Assembly: GCA_947258415.1 (NCBI GenBank)
Contig: CAMYIF010000001.1
Span: forward strand, 1-59,483
Length of the DNA stretch: 59,483 nt
Direction: 5' to 3'
DNA from: an uncultured Pseudomonadales bacterium
Lineage (GTDB): Bacteria; Pseudomonadota; Gammaproteobacteria; Pseudomonadales; IMCC2047
Position 1 is the first letter of the stretch, and each line of letters begins with the position of its first letter. A program made the position numbers and the translations under genes. The notes beneath the pieces were generated by a model. That model worked only from the letters and a program-made list of their open reading frames with translations. It did no database searches and was not told the origin of the DNA. This document shows positions 8,747 to 19,719 of the stretch, in pieces.

Positions 8747-10582
8747 CTAGAAGTCATACAGGACGGGTAACACCCAGGACACCACGCCACACAGCAGAAA
8801 AGTCATTGGCAACCCTACCCTGACGAAATCTCCGAAGGTATAGCCGGCGGCATTCATCACCAACAGGTTGGTTTGATAAGCCATAGGCGTGGCAAAGCTC
8901 ATGTTTGCACCAAACAACACAGCGAGCACGAATGCCTCGGGGGGCAAACCCAGATGATTGGCAATGCTGATGGCAATCGGGGTGCCGATAACAGCGGCGG
9001 CATTATTGGAGACAACGTTGGTCAGCAGCGCCATCAGAAATACCAGTCCGGCAAAGATCATATGTGGCGACAGACCTTGGGTGAGGGCAACAAAACAGGC
9101 GGCAAGGTAGGAAGTCGCTCCTGTTGCCGTCAGGGCTGTGCCTAGCGATAAACTGGCAACGACGATCAGGATGACCTGAGCGCTCAAGGCCCGCTGAATA
9201 TCGCGCCAACGCAGGCAATTGGTCAGGATCATCAACAATGCACCACCGACAGCACTGATGGCAATCGGTGCAATACCAAGTGCTGCCGTCAATACAACAC
9301 CCCCCATGATAATTATGGAGCGGTTGGCTCTCTGGGTGTGGGGCAATTCCACGGTGGCATCCAGCACTAAAAACTGCCCGCGCTGCTTGATAGCATCGAT
9401 ACTTTCTTTTGAACCCTGGATCAACAACACGTCTCCCAACCGCAGCCTCACCTTGCCAATTCCACTTGGCATCTGCTCAAGCACACGTCCCTGGCGGTGA
9501 ATGGCAATAATGGAAAGCTGGTACGAATCTGCAAACCGCAGTTCATTGAGTGTCCGGTGCACCAGGGGCGAGCCCCTGTCCAGGATCAGTTCGGCGATCT
9601 GTTGATCGTCTTCCTTAAGGGGGTGATCTTCATCGACAATATTACCGTGCGAATAAAGGTTAGCGCCCAGCAGCGACTCAAACTCTTTCAGGTTTGACGG
9701 GGTATCTCGAACCAGTAACTGGTCACCGGCACGCACCCTGACGTCGGGTAATGGAAAACTGAAGGTTTGTTCTGATTTTATAATCCGGTCAATTTTCATG
9801 CGACCACCGGCCTTGACCAGGATCTCGTGCACGGTTTTACCATCGGCGAAACAGTCTTTGGGTATAGCCAGGTGTGCCGTGAAAACACGGGGCGAAGTAT
9901 CGGTCATCGGGGTCTGGCGTTCCGGCAGGAGCCGAGGCGCGATCAGCCACAGGTAAACAATGCCGACACCGGCAACGACCAGGCCGGGGATAAAAAAATC
10001 AAACATGCGTATGCGTTCAAGGCCCGCATCGGCTGCCACGCTGACTACCAGCAGGTTGGTCGAGGTGCCGATCGTCGTCAGCATTCCACCCAGGATAGTG
10101 GCAAACCCCATAGGCATGAGCAATGACGAAGCGGGAGTTTTAGTTCGAATCGCAACCGAGATTAATATTGGCAGGAATAAAACAACGATAGGCGTGTTAT
10201 TAACGAAGGCACTCAACATGGCTGCCACGATTAGCGAAATAAGCACGGATAATGCCGGGTTGAACGCCCATACCTGCGACAGGAGGCGCCCCACCGGTTC
10301 GAGTGCTCCGGTCCTGATCAAACCGTAGCCAACCACCATCAGGGCACTCACCGCAATCAGGGCTTCGTGGCCGAAGCCCTTGAAGAAAGTCACCGGGTCA
10401 AGCTCAATACCATCCTCGGATACAAACGGAAAAACGACAAAGCCGACGGTTAGCAATACGATGATACCCAGACTGGAAGTTTCCAGCGGGACCTGGTCCT
10501 TTGAAAACAAATACAGCGCCACCACGGTTAAAATGAGTGCAGCGACAGCGTGTTCATTGGGGATATCAGGGAATGTCGTCAT
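8747..10582 (-). CDS. SLC13/DASS-family anion permease with two central TrkA-C (RCK_C) domains
   Basis: 611 aa. Multi-TM halves flank two soluble repeats (RVRAGDQLLVRDTPSNLKEF and RLRLGDVLLIQGSKESIDAI), which are typical of TrkA-C. Confidence 0.85.
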   Translation of the reverse strand: MTTFPDIPNEHAVAALILTVVALYLFSKDQVPLETSSLGIIVLLTVGFVVFPFVSEDGIELDPVTFFKGFGHEALIAVSALMVVGYGLIRTGALEPVGRLLSQVWAFNPALSVLISLIVAAMLSAFVNNTPIVVLFLPILISVAIRTKTPASSLLMPMGFATILGGMLTTIGTSTNLLVVSVAADAGLERIRMFDFFIPGLVVAGVGIVYLWLIAPRLLPERQTPMTDTSPRVFTAHLAIPKDCFADGKTVHEILVKAGGRMKIDRIIKSEQTFSFPLPDVRVRAGDQLLVRDTPSNLKEFESLLGANLYSHGNIVDEDHPLKEDDQQIAELILDRGSPLVHRTLNELRFADSYQLSIIAIHRQGRVLEQMPSGIGKVRLRLGDVLLIQGSKESIDAIKQRGQFLVLDATVELPHTQRANRSIIIMGGVVLTAALGIAPIAISAVGGALLMILTNCLRWRDIQRALSAQVILIVVASLSLGTALTATGATSYLAACFVALTQGLSPHMIFAGLVFLMALLTNVVSNNAAAVIGTPIAISIANHLGLPPEAFVLAVLFGANMSFATPMAYQTNLLVMNAAGYTFGDFVRVGLPMTFLLCGVVSWVLPVLYDF

Positions 10583-10629
10583 AATATACCTGGTTACTTC
10601 AAAAGCATTTATTCTGTATTAAAAAATGA

Positions 10630-11010
10630 TTACAGATAATTTGATTTTGCAATCAAATTGGCGTCCGGATCACGTATATAAACTGAAACTATATCGCCAC
10701 AGGCACCGGTGCGCCTGGCCGGTGCATCTAAAATATCGCTGTCCCATTTGTCCAGTTGTTCCCTGACCTCCAGAACGGGTGGATCAACAATGAAACACAG
10801 ATCGGCACTAGCAGGCATCATGCTATCGGCCCTGGGCCCGAATTTATTCCCCTGTTGATAAAGGTTAATTTTTTGATCTCCAAACGTTACAGGCTGCCGG
10901 CCACCGGCAAAGGTGACTGATTTCATTTCCATCACTGTCTGATAAAGTAAAGCGGTTGTCTCAATGTCTGTTACCCTCAGCACCGTGTGATCCAGGCGCT
11001 CTGTTTTCAT
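10630..11010 (-). CDS. VOC (glyoxalase/bleomycin-resistance/dioxygenase) family protein
   Basis: 126 aa. LDHTVLRVTDIETTALLY and VYIRDPDANLI are VOC-fold hallmarks. Confidence 0.75.
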   Translation of the reverse strand: MKTERLDHTVLRVTDIETTALLYQTVMEMKSVTFAGGRQPVTFGDQKINLYQQGNKFGPRADSMMPASADLCFIVDPPVLEVREQLDKWDSDILDAPARRTGACGDIVSVYIRDPDANLIAKSNYL

Positions 11011-11295
11011 GCTAGTTAGCCAAATATCGTGACCAGGAAAATTGATTCAGTGTACTCATTACCTATTGCTTGTTATTTTGGTATTCGGAAACGTAAAAAG
11101 CGCAATAAAGATTCAATGTTCAGATTCTTTGCGTATCGAATAAAAAACCGTTAAATTCCCCTCTACAGACTGGCCATCATATAGATAACCGTGTTTTTTA
11201 CAATGCTTCCGGCCGAGGCATTTGACCAAAATTATTTTACTAGCTTTATTTTACGCTCCAGATACCGGTTTCATGGAAGATTTGAAGAGGCTTAT

Positions 11296-12501
11296 ATGAT
11301 CGTTAAAGTGCCCAGTGATATAGTTCCACTGGACAATATTTTGCCCGATGAGCCATTGTTGATGATGGGCGCAGGTCCTGTACCGGTGCCGGCAAGGGTT
11401 GCGGCGGCAAACTCGATTGTGATTAATCACCTGGGCGACACCATGTCTCAAATCATCGAGCAGGTAAAGTCCATGTCCCGCTATGTGTTCCAAACGCAAA
11501 CACAGCATATTCTCGGGGTTGCCGGTCCTGGCTCGGCCGCAATGGAGATGGCAGTTGTTAACCTGGTATCGCCCGGCAGCACTGTCGTCAGCATCTGTAA
11601 TGGTTTTTTCAGCGGACGCCTGGCAGAAATGGCCGAGCGTGTTGAAGCCAACGTAATACGCGTTCCCGTCGAAGACGGGCATACGGCGCACCCTGAAATG
11701 GTCGCCCCGATTCTGGAAAAGCATAAACCAAAAGTATTAACCATTGTTCAGGGTGAAACATCCAACACCATCTATAACCGTTTCCTGCCCGAAATATGTC
11801 GACTGGCCCAGCAGCACGATTGCCTGGTTATCGTTGACGCCGTTTGCACGCTCAGCACCATGCCGCTGGATATGGATACCTGGGGCGTTGACGCGGTGAT
11901 AACCGGTGGCCAGAAAGGCCTGTCCTCGATCCCCGGTGTTTCCCTGGTGGCCTTCTCTGACAAGGCATGGGAGTATATAAATTCGCGTACCGACACGCTG
12001 CGACACTGGTGTCTTGATGCCAAGCTGGCAGATCAATTCTGGTACAAAAAAGCCTATCACTATACGGCACCCGTATCGGGAATCCTGGCAATGCACGAGG
12101 CATTAAGGCTAATTTGCAACGAGAGCATGCCGGTACGTTTTGCTCGCCATTTAAAATGCTCGGAAGCCTTGCAGGCCGGCATTGAAACCATGGGCCTGGT
12201 CCTTTATGCGCCCAGGGAAGCACGCCTCAATTCAGTCGTCGGCATAAACACCCCGAAAGAAATTTGTTCCACCGAATTGCTCAAATACATGTCAAATCGA
12301 TACCGGGTTGAAATATCCGGCTCCTTCGGTCCGAAGATCGTTCGCATCGGACAGATGGGCGAACAATGTCACGCGCACAACCTGTTCAGGACACTGCATG
12401 CCCTTGGCTCGAGTATCCTGGCACTGGGAGGAAAACTGGATTTGCCCGCCGGAGCAGCTGCCCTTGAACGGCAATTACGCGAGCTTTCGACAGAAGCCTG
12501 A
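11296..12501 (+). CDS. class V aminotransferase (alanine/serine-glyoxylate type)
   Basis: The ORF track starts at 11191. I moved the start to ATG 11296 (MIVKVPSD), which follows GAAGAGG. PLP-Lys context is ITGGQKGLSSIPG, and the fold is AGXT-like. Confidence 0.85.
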   Translation: MIVKVPSDIVPLDNILPDEPLLMMGAGPVPVPARVAAANSIVINHLGDTMSQIIEQVKSMSRYVFQTQTQHILGVAGPGSAAMEMAVVNLVSPGSTVVSICNGFFSGRLAEMAERVEANVIRVPVEDGHTAHPEMVAPILEKHKPKVLTIVQGETSNTIYNRFLPEICRLAQQHDCLVIVDAVCTLSTMPLDMDTWGVDAVITGGQKGLSSIPGVSLVAFSDKAWEYINSRTDTLRHWCLDAKLADQFWYKKAYHYTAPVSGILAMHEALRLICNESMPVRFARHLKCSEALQAGIETMGLVLYAPREARLNSVVGINTPKEICSTELLKYMSNRYRVEISGSFGPKIVRIGQMGEQCHAHNLFRTLHALGSSILALGGKLDLPAGAAALERQLRELSTEA

Positions 12502-12530
12502 AAACTCAATACCCCGACCGGGTGACTCTT

Positions 12531-13145
12531 TCAGACCAGGCCCTGTTTTGTTAACAGACCGTTATGATAACGGGTAAACAACCATTGCGCGCTGATTGCG
12601 CCAATCAGCGCCATGAACATATCCCACTGCGTGTCCCAGATATCGCCCTGCAAGGAAAGAAATTCATCGGCCGCAGTACCGGTCAGGAGCGCAACCCACC
12701 ATTCAATAAATTCGTAACAGACGCTGATTGACAGGCATACGCAGGTCACCAGGAAAAACAGCCAGCGGCCGGGCTTTAACGGGGATTTCCTTAGCAGAAT
12801 TTCACGCGCCAACACGGCGGGAATAAAACCCTGGGCAATATGACCAATGCGGTCATAGTTGTTTCGGGTAAAATCGAAAACATCCTGCATCCAGAAGCCG
12901 AATGGAACCCGCGCGTAGGTATAATGTGCGCCCAGGATCAGGATCAGCGCGTGTAAAAACAACAGGCGGTAAACAAGCGATGTCATCGGAAAACGCCTGT
13001 GCGTGACCAGTATAATAGGTAGCCCGATCAACACCGGGAAAGTCTCCAGGAACCAGATGGTTAAGTCGTAAGGCTCGATTGCAGAAATGGCGAGCGCCAG
13101 AATTGTTCCAATGACCAGCAGTTGATTTTCCCGGTGAGAGGTCAT
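12531..13145 (-). CDS. DUF2238 (YjdF-like) inner-membrane protein
   Basis: 204 aa and multi-TM. GAHYTYARVPFG and RNNYDRIGHIAQGFIPA resemble E. coli YjdF as I recall it. It begins 4 nt after the upstream PilZ gene. Confidence 0.7.
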   Translation of the reverse strand: MTSHRENQLLVIGTILALAISAIEPYDLTIWFLETFPVLIGLPIILVTHRRFPMTSLVYRLLFLHALILILGAHYTYARVPFGFWMQDVFDFTRNNYDRIGHIAQGFIPAVLAREILLRKSPLKPGRWLFFLVTCVCLSISVCYEFIEWWVALLTGTAADEFLSLQGDIWDTQWDMFMALIGAISAQWLFTRYHNGLLTKQGLV

Positions 13146-13149
13146 GGCC

Positions 13150-13533
13150 CTAGGCCAACTGGTGTTTTATAACCCGCTCCATACAGGCAAGCGTACTATA
13201 AGCCACGTTGGAGATTTCGGTGGTAAAGTCATCGGCCTCGACAAATTGCAGACCGATAATATATTCCCTGCGCCGATTTTCAACGTATCGAACAACCGCG
13301 CAGATATCATTAACCTGCTCGCATATCGAATGCATTTGTATATTTATTTTATCGCCGACATTGAATTTTCGCTCGCAACAGACGGCCATTCCGAAGCGAT
13401 TAAAATTGATCACCGCAGCATCGAGCGAAGGTTTGAAACTGCCCGGTAAACCATGACGCTTTATCGATGCCGAGTAAACGACCGTTTTGTAACGTTCCCT
13501 GGATCGACGGTTTCGAGTGACTGAAGTTTCCAT
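13150..13533 (-). CDS. stand-alone PilZ-domain protein
   Basis: 127 aa. It has RxxxR (R10-S-R-E-R14) and N43-F-N-R-F-G48 in place of (D/N)xSxxG. The 29-aa spacing between the two motifs is canonical. Confidence 0.7.
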   Translation of the reverse strand: METSVTRNRRSRERYKTVVYSASIKRHGLPGSFKPSLDAAVINFNRFGMAVCCERKFNVGDKINIQMHSICEQVNDICAVVRYVENRRREYIIGLQFVEADDFTTEISNVAYSTLACMERVIKHQLA

Positions 13534-13602
13534 TTGTTATACCTTCTGCCCGGTGCTTTAATCACCTGTTTTATATCACTTGCAAGCAGTATAGACAATA
13601 AC

Positions 13603-14403
13603 TTACAGGGCAACGGGTGCTTTGATGACAGGTAGCGGGTCATACCCGCTAATTTCGAAATCTTCAAAACGATAATCAAACAGGCTAGCCGGCTTGCGCT
13701 TTATCCGCAGCGTCGGTAAAGGACGAGGCTTTCGTCTCAATTGCTCAAATACAATGTTATCGGTCAAATGATTACTGTACAAATGGCAGTCACCGAAGGT
13801 ATGAATGAATTCACCCACCTCAAGGTCCGACTGGGCCGCCATCATATGTGTTAACAGGGCGTAGGAGGCAATATTGAAAGGCACGCCCAGGAATAAGTCG
13901 GCCGAACGTTGATAAAGCTGGCAGGATAATTTTCCACGAGCCACGTAAAACTGGAATAACGAGTGACACGGGGGCAATGCCATTTCGTCGGCAACACCCG
14001 GATTATAGGCAACTACCATGATACGGCGGCTATCCGGGTTGTTTCTGAGCGCGTCCAGAACGTTGCTGATCTGGTCAACAGTGGTGCCATCCGGGCGAAT
14101 CCATGCACGCCATTGCTCTCCATATACAGGCCCCAGGTCACCGTTTTCGTCGGCCCACTCATCCCAGATAGTGACGCCATTGTCCCTGAGGTATTGAATA
14201 TTGGTGTCGCCTTTGAGGAACCATAACAGCTCATGAATAATAGACTTGATGTGACACTTCTTGGTGGTCACCAAAGGAAATCCGCGGGACAGATCGAAAC
14301 GGATTTGTCGGCCAAAAATCGAACGCGTACCCGTGCCCGTCCGGTCGCCCTTGTCGACGCCGTTTTGGACCACGTCTCGCATTAACTCCAGATATTGCTG
14401 CAT
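13603..14403 (-). CDS. thyA: thymidylate synthase
   Basis: 266 aa. [18 protein letters not shown], the catalytic LPPCH and the C-terminal KAPVAL are all present. Confidence 0.97.
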   Translation of the reverse strand: MQQYLELMRDVVQNGVDKGDRTGTGTRSIFGRQIRFDLSRGFPLVTTKKCHIKSIIHELLWFLKGDTNIQYLRDNGVTIWDEWADENGDLGPVYGEQWRAWIRPDGTTVDQISNVLDALRNNPDSRRIMVVAYNPGVADEMALPPCHSLFQFYVARGKLSCQLYQRSADLFLGVPFNIASYALLTHMMAAQSDLEVGEFIHTFGDCHLYSNHLTDNIVFEQLRRKPRPLPTLRIKRKPASLFDYRFEDFEISGYDPLPVIKAPVAL

Positions 14404-14436
14404 AACCTGATTTATCCTGTAGAAAAAAGCTGTTTA

Positions 14437-15249
14437 TCAGCCCCGCTGTTGACGACTGTTTTCAGTAGCCGGGTAATTTCTATAACCGACAATAATAAAC
14501 GCGATACCCAGTGCGATCATAGGCAAGGATAATAATTGACCCATTGTCAGCCAGTCAAAGGCTAAAAACCCCAGGTGTAGGTCGGGCTGGCGGAAGAACT
14601 CGACGACGAAACGGAAAAAGCCGTAGCACACCAGGAACAGTCCGGAAACCGCCATGCGCGGTCGAGGCCTGGAGGAAAACAGCCACAGGATAATAAACAA
14701 CAGGACGCCTTCCAGTAAAAACTGGTATAGCTGTGACGGGTGACGTGGCAATGGCCCGCCACCGGGGAACACCATACCCCAGGGGACATCGGTAACCCTG
14801 CCCCAAAGCTCGCCACCGATAAAATTCCCGATTCGGCCGGCGCCCAAACCAATCGGCACCAGGGGGGCGGTAAAATCTGCAACATCAAAAAACAGAATTC
14901 CGCTTTTCCTGGCGAAAAGTATCAGTGCCAGGATCACGCCGATTAACCCTCCGTGAAACGACATGCCACCCTCCCAGATGTTGAATAGCCACAGGGGGTT
15001 TTGCAAAAAATAATCAAAATGATAGAACAGCACGTAACCAAAACGCCCGCCCACCACGACACCCATGGCTCCGTAAAAAATCAGGTCAGATACCTGTTCT
15101 CCGGTTAACACAGCCCCGGCTTTTTTTGTCCGCATACTGGCTAGCCAATAGGCGGCGGCAAAACCCAACAGGTACATCAACCCGTACCAGTGCACCTTTA
15201 ACGGACCCAGGGAAAGTGCAATCGGGTTGATATCGGGGTAGGTTAACAT
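14437..15249 (-). CDS. lgt: prolipoprotein diacylglyceryl transferase
   Basis: 270 aa. The motifs [18 protein letters not shown] and GRIGNFINGELWGR-like ([14 protein letters not shown]) are present. The lgt-thyA pairing is the same as in E. coli. Confidence 0.95.
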   Translation of the reverse strand: MLTYPDINPIALSLGPLKVHWYGLMYLLGFAAAYWLASMRTKKAGAVLTGEQVSDLIFYGAMGVVVGGRFGYVLFYHFDYFLQNPLWLFNIWEGGMSFHGGLIGVILALILFARKSGILFFDVADFTAPLVPIGLGAGRIGNFIGGELWGRVTDVPWGMVFPGGGPLPRHPSQLYQFLLEGVLLFIILWLFSSRPRPRMAVSGLFLVCYGFFRFVVEFFRQPDLHLGFLAFDWLTMGQLLSLPMIALGIAFIIVGYRNYPATENSRQQRG

Positions 15250-15312
15250 TGGGCTATGCCTTGGAGTATTTAAAAAAAATGCCTGAAACCATTATTTATA
15301 GGGCTTCACGCA

Positions 15313-16101
15313 TTACTGGAAAATAAACTTCAGGCCAACAAGACACATCACGATAGAAAACCCGATTTGCAGGTTGCGCGGGTTTATACGGTGCGCCATG
15401 TAAGCCCCAAAAGTGGCTGCCGGGATACTCGTGATTGCAATACCGGCCAAAGCAGGAAGGTAAACATACCCCAATCCCCAGGGGATATCCAGATTCCAGC
15501 CCTGATAAATATACACAATGGTGGCCATTACCGAGATTGGCAATCCACACGCCGCACCCATTGCAATAGCATTTCTCATTGGCAAATTGCGCCCGATAAA
15601 ATAAGGCACGCTCAGGGTACCCCCGCCGATACCCAGCATGGCAGATACCCAACCAATTACTATACCTGCAGAGGATGCACCTAACCGTCCGGGCAAACCC
15701 TGGCCGGGTTTCGGCACCAGGCCAAAACCGACAATAATACCGATTGTAAAAAGGAACACCCCGAACACCAACGTTAATAGTTCAGAACTCATAAACAGGG
15801 CACTGTTCACTCCCAAAACGGCACCGGCCAAAATGCCGAGGATAATGCCCCGTAGCATCTCCCAGCGAATCGCACCATGTCGCTGGTGGGTATAGATAGA
15901 AACCAGTGAGTTGACAATAATGACGGCCAGCGATGTCGCTATTGCGACCTGGGCAATGATTTCCTTTGGCACGTGATTCAAGGTGAAGGTAAAAATCAGG
16001 ATGGGAACAATTACTATGCCTCCCCCGATACCCAGTAAACCGGCTATTAGCCCCGAGAAAATACCAACCACCCCGTACAACAAAAAATAAATCATGTACA
16101 A
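15313..16101 (-). CDS. TauE/SafE-family sulfite/anion exporter
   Basis: 262 aa with 7-8 TM helices. It has duplicated GLLGIGGGIVIVP / MLGIGGGTLSVP motifs. Confidence 0.85.
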   Translation of the reverse strand: MYMIYFLLYGVVGIFSGLIAGLLGIGGGIVIVPILIFTFTLNHVPKEIIAQVAIATSLAVIIVNSLVSIYTHQRHGAIRWEMLRGIILGILAGAVLGVNSALFMSSELLTLVFGVFLFTIGIIVGFGLVPKPGQGLPGRLGASSAGIVIGWVSAMLGIGGGTLSVPYFIGRNLPMRNAIAMGAACGLPISVMATIVYIYQGWNLDIPWGLGYVYLPALAGIAITSIPAATFGAYMAHRINPRNLQIGFSIVMCLVGLKFIFQ

Positions 16102-16149
16102 GGTATGAATTTGCTAGAATCGTGCATACACCGACCTGTCGTGATTATC

Positions 16150-16920
16150 ATGTGCCTGATTTTCGTTTCATATCAAAAAAACCCGGATTACCCCCTGATT
16201 ATCGCCGCCAATCGGGACGAGTATTATGCAAGGCCAACGGCCTGTGCCGGCTTTTGGCAGCGTTACCCTGATGTGCTTGCGGGAATGGACCTGCAACACC
16301 AGGGCACCTGGCTGGGAATTACCAGGACAGGTCGACTGTCTTTTATCACCAACTACCGCAACCCGGCGCTCAACAATGAATCGGCTCGCTCCAGGGGTGA
16401 ACTTACACGAGATTATCTTACCGGAGAAGAACCTGCCGCCCTATATATGCAAAAAGTCCTGGACATGCGCAGGCAATACAATGGCTTCAACCTTGTCGCC
16501 GGTGATCTGGCAAATTTATATTATTGCGCCAGCGAGCTGGATGAAGTCCGGCACATTGCCCCGGGAAATTATGGCTTGAGTAACGGCTTGCTGGACTCCC
16601 CCTGGCCCAAGGTGGTCATCGGCAAACAACAGTTTATCGAATGCATTAAAAACAAGCCGGATAGTCAGTGCCTGATGGCGATACTGGCAGACCAGACCAA
16701 AGCCGGCCTTGACCAGTTGCCGGAAACAGGTGTCGGCCTGGAACTGGAGCATACCCTGTCAAGTCGTTTCATATCGACACCCCTTTACGGCACACGCTCC
16801 AGTACCCTTATCACCGTAGACAGCAACTATAATGTGCATTTTATCGAGAAGAATCATGCCGTGGCAGGCCAGCAGGAAATTACCAGGGAATATCATTTCA
16901 AGCTGGAAAAAACGCCTTAA
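16150..16920 (+). CDS. NRDE-family (DUF833/TANGO2-like) protein
   Basis: The ORF track starts at 16105. Family members start MCLI, so ATG 16150 (MCLIFVSY) is preferred. The NRDE motif is AANRDEYYARP. Confidence 0.8.
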   Translation: MCLIFVSYQKNPDYPLIIAANRDEYYARPTACAGFWQRYPDVLAGMDLQHQGTWLGITRTGRLSFITNYRNPALNNESARSRGELTRDYLTGEEPAALYMQKVLDMRRQYNGFNLVAGDLANLYYCASELDEVRHIAPGNYGLSNGLLDSPWPKVVIGKQQFIECIKNKPDSQCLMAILADQTKAGLDQLPETGVGLELEHTLSSRFISTPLYGTRSSTLITVDSNYNVHFIEKNHAVAGQQEITREYHFKLEKTP

Positions 16921-19178
16921 ACCGAGGTATCGATTTCAGCCAGGCCAATTTCAGAAATGACCGCGTCGATTCGTTTTTCAATTTCCTCTGCGGTATGCAG
17001 TTCCAGCACTTCATCGAGCAGGAGTTTTGCCTGGGACATGGTAACCGAACGAATCAGGGACTTGGCCTTCAGGATACTGGACGCACTCATGGAAAGCTCA
17101 TCATAGCCCATTGCCATCAATAATAGTGTACCCCTCGGGTCACCGGCAAGCTCGCCACAAATGCTAACCAGCTTGTTTTCCAGGTGCGCCATATAGACAA
17201 TGTAATGCAGGGCTTTTAACACGGCCGGGTGGAACGAATGGTAAAGGTCGGCGACCGAACTGTTATTACGGTCAACTGCAAGCATATACTGGGTTAAATC
17301 ATTACTGCCTACCGACAGAAAATCCACTCGCCGGGCCAGCTCCCGAGCCTGGTAGACCGCGGCGGGCACTTCGATCATAACGCCCACGGGCGGCATTTCA
17401 ATGGCATGTCCTTCCTGCAACACCTCGTTATAAGCCTGGCGGATATATTGCAATGCTTCGTCCACTTCCGTTACGTTCGATATCATCGGTAACATGATAC
17501 GCAAATTATTCAGACCTTCGCTTGCCTTGAGCATGGCGCGAATCTGCACCAGGAAAATCTCCGGATGATCAAGGGTAATCCGGATTCCGCGCCAGCCCAG
17601 GAAAGGATTATCTTCCTTGATCGGGAAATAGGGCAAGTCCTTGTCACCACCCACATCCAGTGTTCGCATGGTAACCCGGTTGGGCACGAAGGCAGCTAAA
17701 TGCTGGCGGTAAAGGTTGGCCTGTTGACGTTCGCTTGGGAAACGATCGCTGATCATATACGGCACTTCGGTTCGATACAGGCCGACACCCTGGGCACCCC
17801 GCTGCAATGACCGGGCAACATCCGACAGCAACCCGGTATTGACAAGAATGGGTACATGGTGACCGTCCTGGGTTGTAGCAGGCAATTCGCTGAGGGCTTC
17901 CAGACCGCGAACCATCGCCTGCTCTTCGGCGATGACACGCTGAAAATGCTGCTTGAGCGTATTCGACGGATTGGGGAAAACCAGCCCCTGGTAACCATCG
18001 ACAATGACCTCGATACCGTCCATTTGCAGGTAAGGCACATCGACTGCACCGACGACGACCGGAATCTCCATAGCTCTTGCCAAAATGGAGATGTGTGAAT
18101 TTTTTGAACCGCGAATCGAGACCAGCCCGACCAGGCTCCTGGGAGGGACTTCACCCAGGTTAGCGGGTGTTAATTCATCACCGATCAATATTACCTGTTC
18201 GGGAAACTCGGTCCTCGAACGCTGGGTTTTTTGCAGGTAGGATAAAATCCTGCGCCCCAGGTCACGTATATCGCTCGCCCTCTCACGCAAATACGGGTCT
18301 TCCATTTTTTCAAACACCTGTATGTGCCGGAGGATAACTTCACGTAATGCACCCTGGGCCCACTGGCCTTGCCTTATCGTTTCCTCTATTTCGCCGCCAA
18401 TCGCGCTGTCATCCAGAATCCTGGTGTAAACGTCAAATAATGCGCGTTCTTCCAGACCCAATTCCTCGGAAAGCTTGGCACTGACATCCTTGATATCGCT
18501 TTTGACATTTGCCAATGCGGCTTTGAACAGCTTGATTTCCTCGCCAACATCTTCGCTATTCCGATCGGGAACGGCCGAAAGATCGGCCAAAGGGTAGGCA
18601 ACCACGACTTCACCGATAGCGATGCCGTTGGCACCGGCAACACCTTCAAATTTGACCACCTGCCTGGTGCTGGCCGGTTCGGTTTCCTTGATCGCGCCTG
18701 TTGCTTCGGCGTGAACCAGGACAACAGCCAGTTGGGAAGCCAGGGTAATAAGGAAGGCCTCGGCTTCTTCATCAAATTTATAACTTTCCTTGCCGTGTGC
18801 CACCAGTACGCCCAGGACATTACGGTGATGAATAACAGGAACACCCAGAAAGGAATAATATTTGTCTTTTCCTGTACCGGGATAATAATGATAGTCGGGA
18901 TAGTCTGAAGCATTCTCGATATTTATTGGTTCGGCACGAGACCCGACGAGGCCGACCAATCCTTCGGAAAATGCGAGGTTGGCATCGCTATTGGCAGCCG
19001 GGCCAAGGCCGACTTCAGCGCGTAGAATAAATTTTTGCAGATTATTATCAAACAGGTAAACAGCGCAGGCATTTGTATCCAATGCCAATTGAACGCGCTC
19101 AACAACGGTTGCCAGGGCTGAATTTAAATCCTTTGCGACATTGACTTCCTGAACAATGCTACGCAGAGTTTCCAGCAT
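16917..19178 (-). CDS. ptsP: phosphoenolpyruvate-protein phosphotransferase PtsP (EI-Ntr) with N-terminal GAF domain
   Basis: 753 aa. A GAF-like N-terminus is followed by a PEP-utilising enzyme core (GSKNSHISILAR, GLYRTE, FLSVGSNDLTQY). Confidence 0.95.
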   Translation of the reverse strand: MLETLRSIVQEVNVAKDLNSALATVVERVQLALDTNACAVYLFDNNLQKFILRAEVGLGPAANSDANLAFSEGLVGLVGSRAEPINIENASDYPDYHYYPGTGKDKYYSFLGVPVIHHRNVLGVLVAHGKESYKFDEEAEAFLITLASQLAVVLVHAEATGAIKETEPASTRQVVKFEGVAGANGIAIGEVVVAYPLADLSAVPDRNSEDVGEEIKLFKAALANVKSDIKDVSAKLSEELGLEERALFDVYTRILDDSAIGGEIEETIRQGQWAQGALREVILRHIQVFEKMEDPYLRERASDIRDLGRRILSYLQKTQRSRTEFPEQVILIGDELTPANLGEVPPRSLVGLVSIRGSKNSHISILARAMEIPVVVGAVDVPYLQMDGIEVIVDGYQGLVFPNPSNTLKQHFQRVIAEEQAMVRGLEALSELPATTQDGHHVPILVNTGLLSDVARSLQRGAQGVGLYRTEVPYMISDRFPSERQQANLYRQHLAAFVPNRVTMRTLDVGGDKDLPYFPIKEDNPFLGWRGIRITLDHPEIFLVQIRAMLKASEGLNNLRIMLPMISNVTEVDEALQYIRQAYNEVLQEGHAIEMPPVGVMIEVPAAVYQARELARRVDFLSVGSNDLTQYMLAVDRNNSSVADLYHSFHPAVLKALHYIVYMAHLENKLVSICGELAGDPRGTLLLMAMGYDELSMSASSILKAKSLIRSVTMSQAKLLLDEVLELHTAEEIEKRIDAVISEIGLAEIDTSV

Positions 19179-19203
19179 TATCCCCCCTTAAAAATAAATG
19201 TTG

Positions 19204-19719
19204 TTATGGTATGTAAATCCATGGCGCCAATTCCTTTAGTGCGCGACGGTATACATCTCGTTTAAACATGACTACCTGGGTGACCGGGTACCAATAGCTG
19301 ACCCATCGCCAATCATCGAATTCGGGTTCACCCGAACCTTTAAAGTGCACCTTGTCATCCGAACACAACATATGCAGCAAAAACCATTTCTGTTTTTGAC
19401 CGATACATAACGGTTTTGAACGTTGGCGCTGGTAACGTTTGGGTAATCTGTATCGCAGCCATCCCTGTGTTTTTGCCAGGACCCTGACATCGTTTTTGGT
19501 CAGCCCTACTTCTTCTTGCAACTCCCTGTACAATGCTTCTTCTGGCGTTTCATGCTCCTCTATTCCACCCTGCGGAAATTGCCAGGCCTGCTGGCCAGAT
19601 CGTCTTGCCCATAGCACCTGTCCCCAGGAGTTCACCAATACAATACCAACATTGGGACGGAAACCATCCGAATCTATCACAGTTACATACCTATACTTCC
19701 AAATTCTAGTTGCAGGCAT
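19204..19719 (-). CDS. rppH: RNA pyrophosphohydrolase
   Basis: 171 aa. The Nudix box is [23 protein letters not shown]. It lies 25 nt upstream of ptsP, as in the classical rppH-ptsP operon. Confidence 0.93.
   Translation of the reverse strand: MPATRIWKYRYVTVIDSDGFRPNVGIVLVNSWGQVLWARRSGQQAWQFPQGGIEEHETPEEALYRELQEEVGLTKNDVRVLAKTQGWLRYRLPKRYQRQRSKPLCIGQKQKWFLLHMLCSDDKVHFKGSGEPEFDDWRWVSYWYPVTQVVMFKRDVYRRALKELAPWIYIP

Noticed and set aside
16102-16149. A 48-bp divergent intergenic region between the TauE/SafE and NRDE genes, considered as a possible shared regulatory element.
   Set aside because: I saw no palindrome or recognisable operator. Compact divergent promoters are common.
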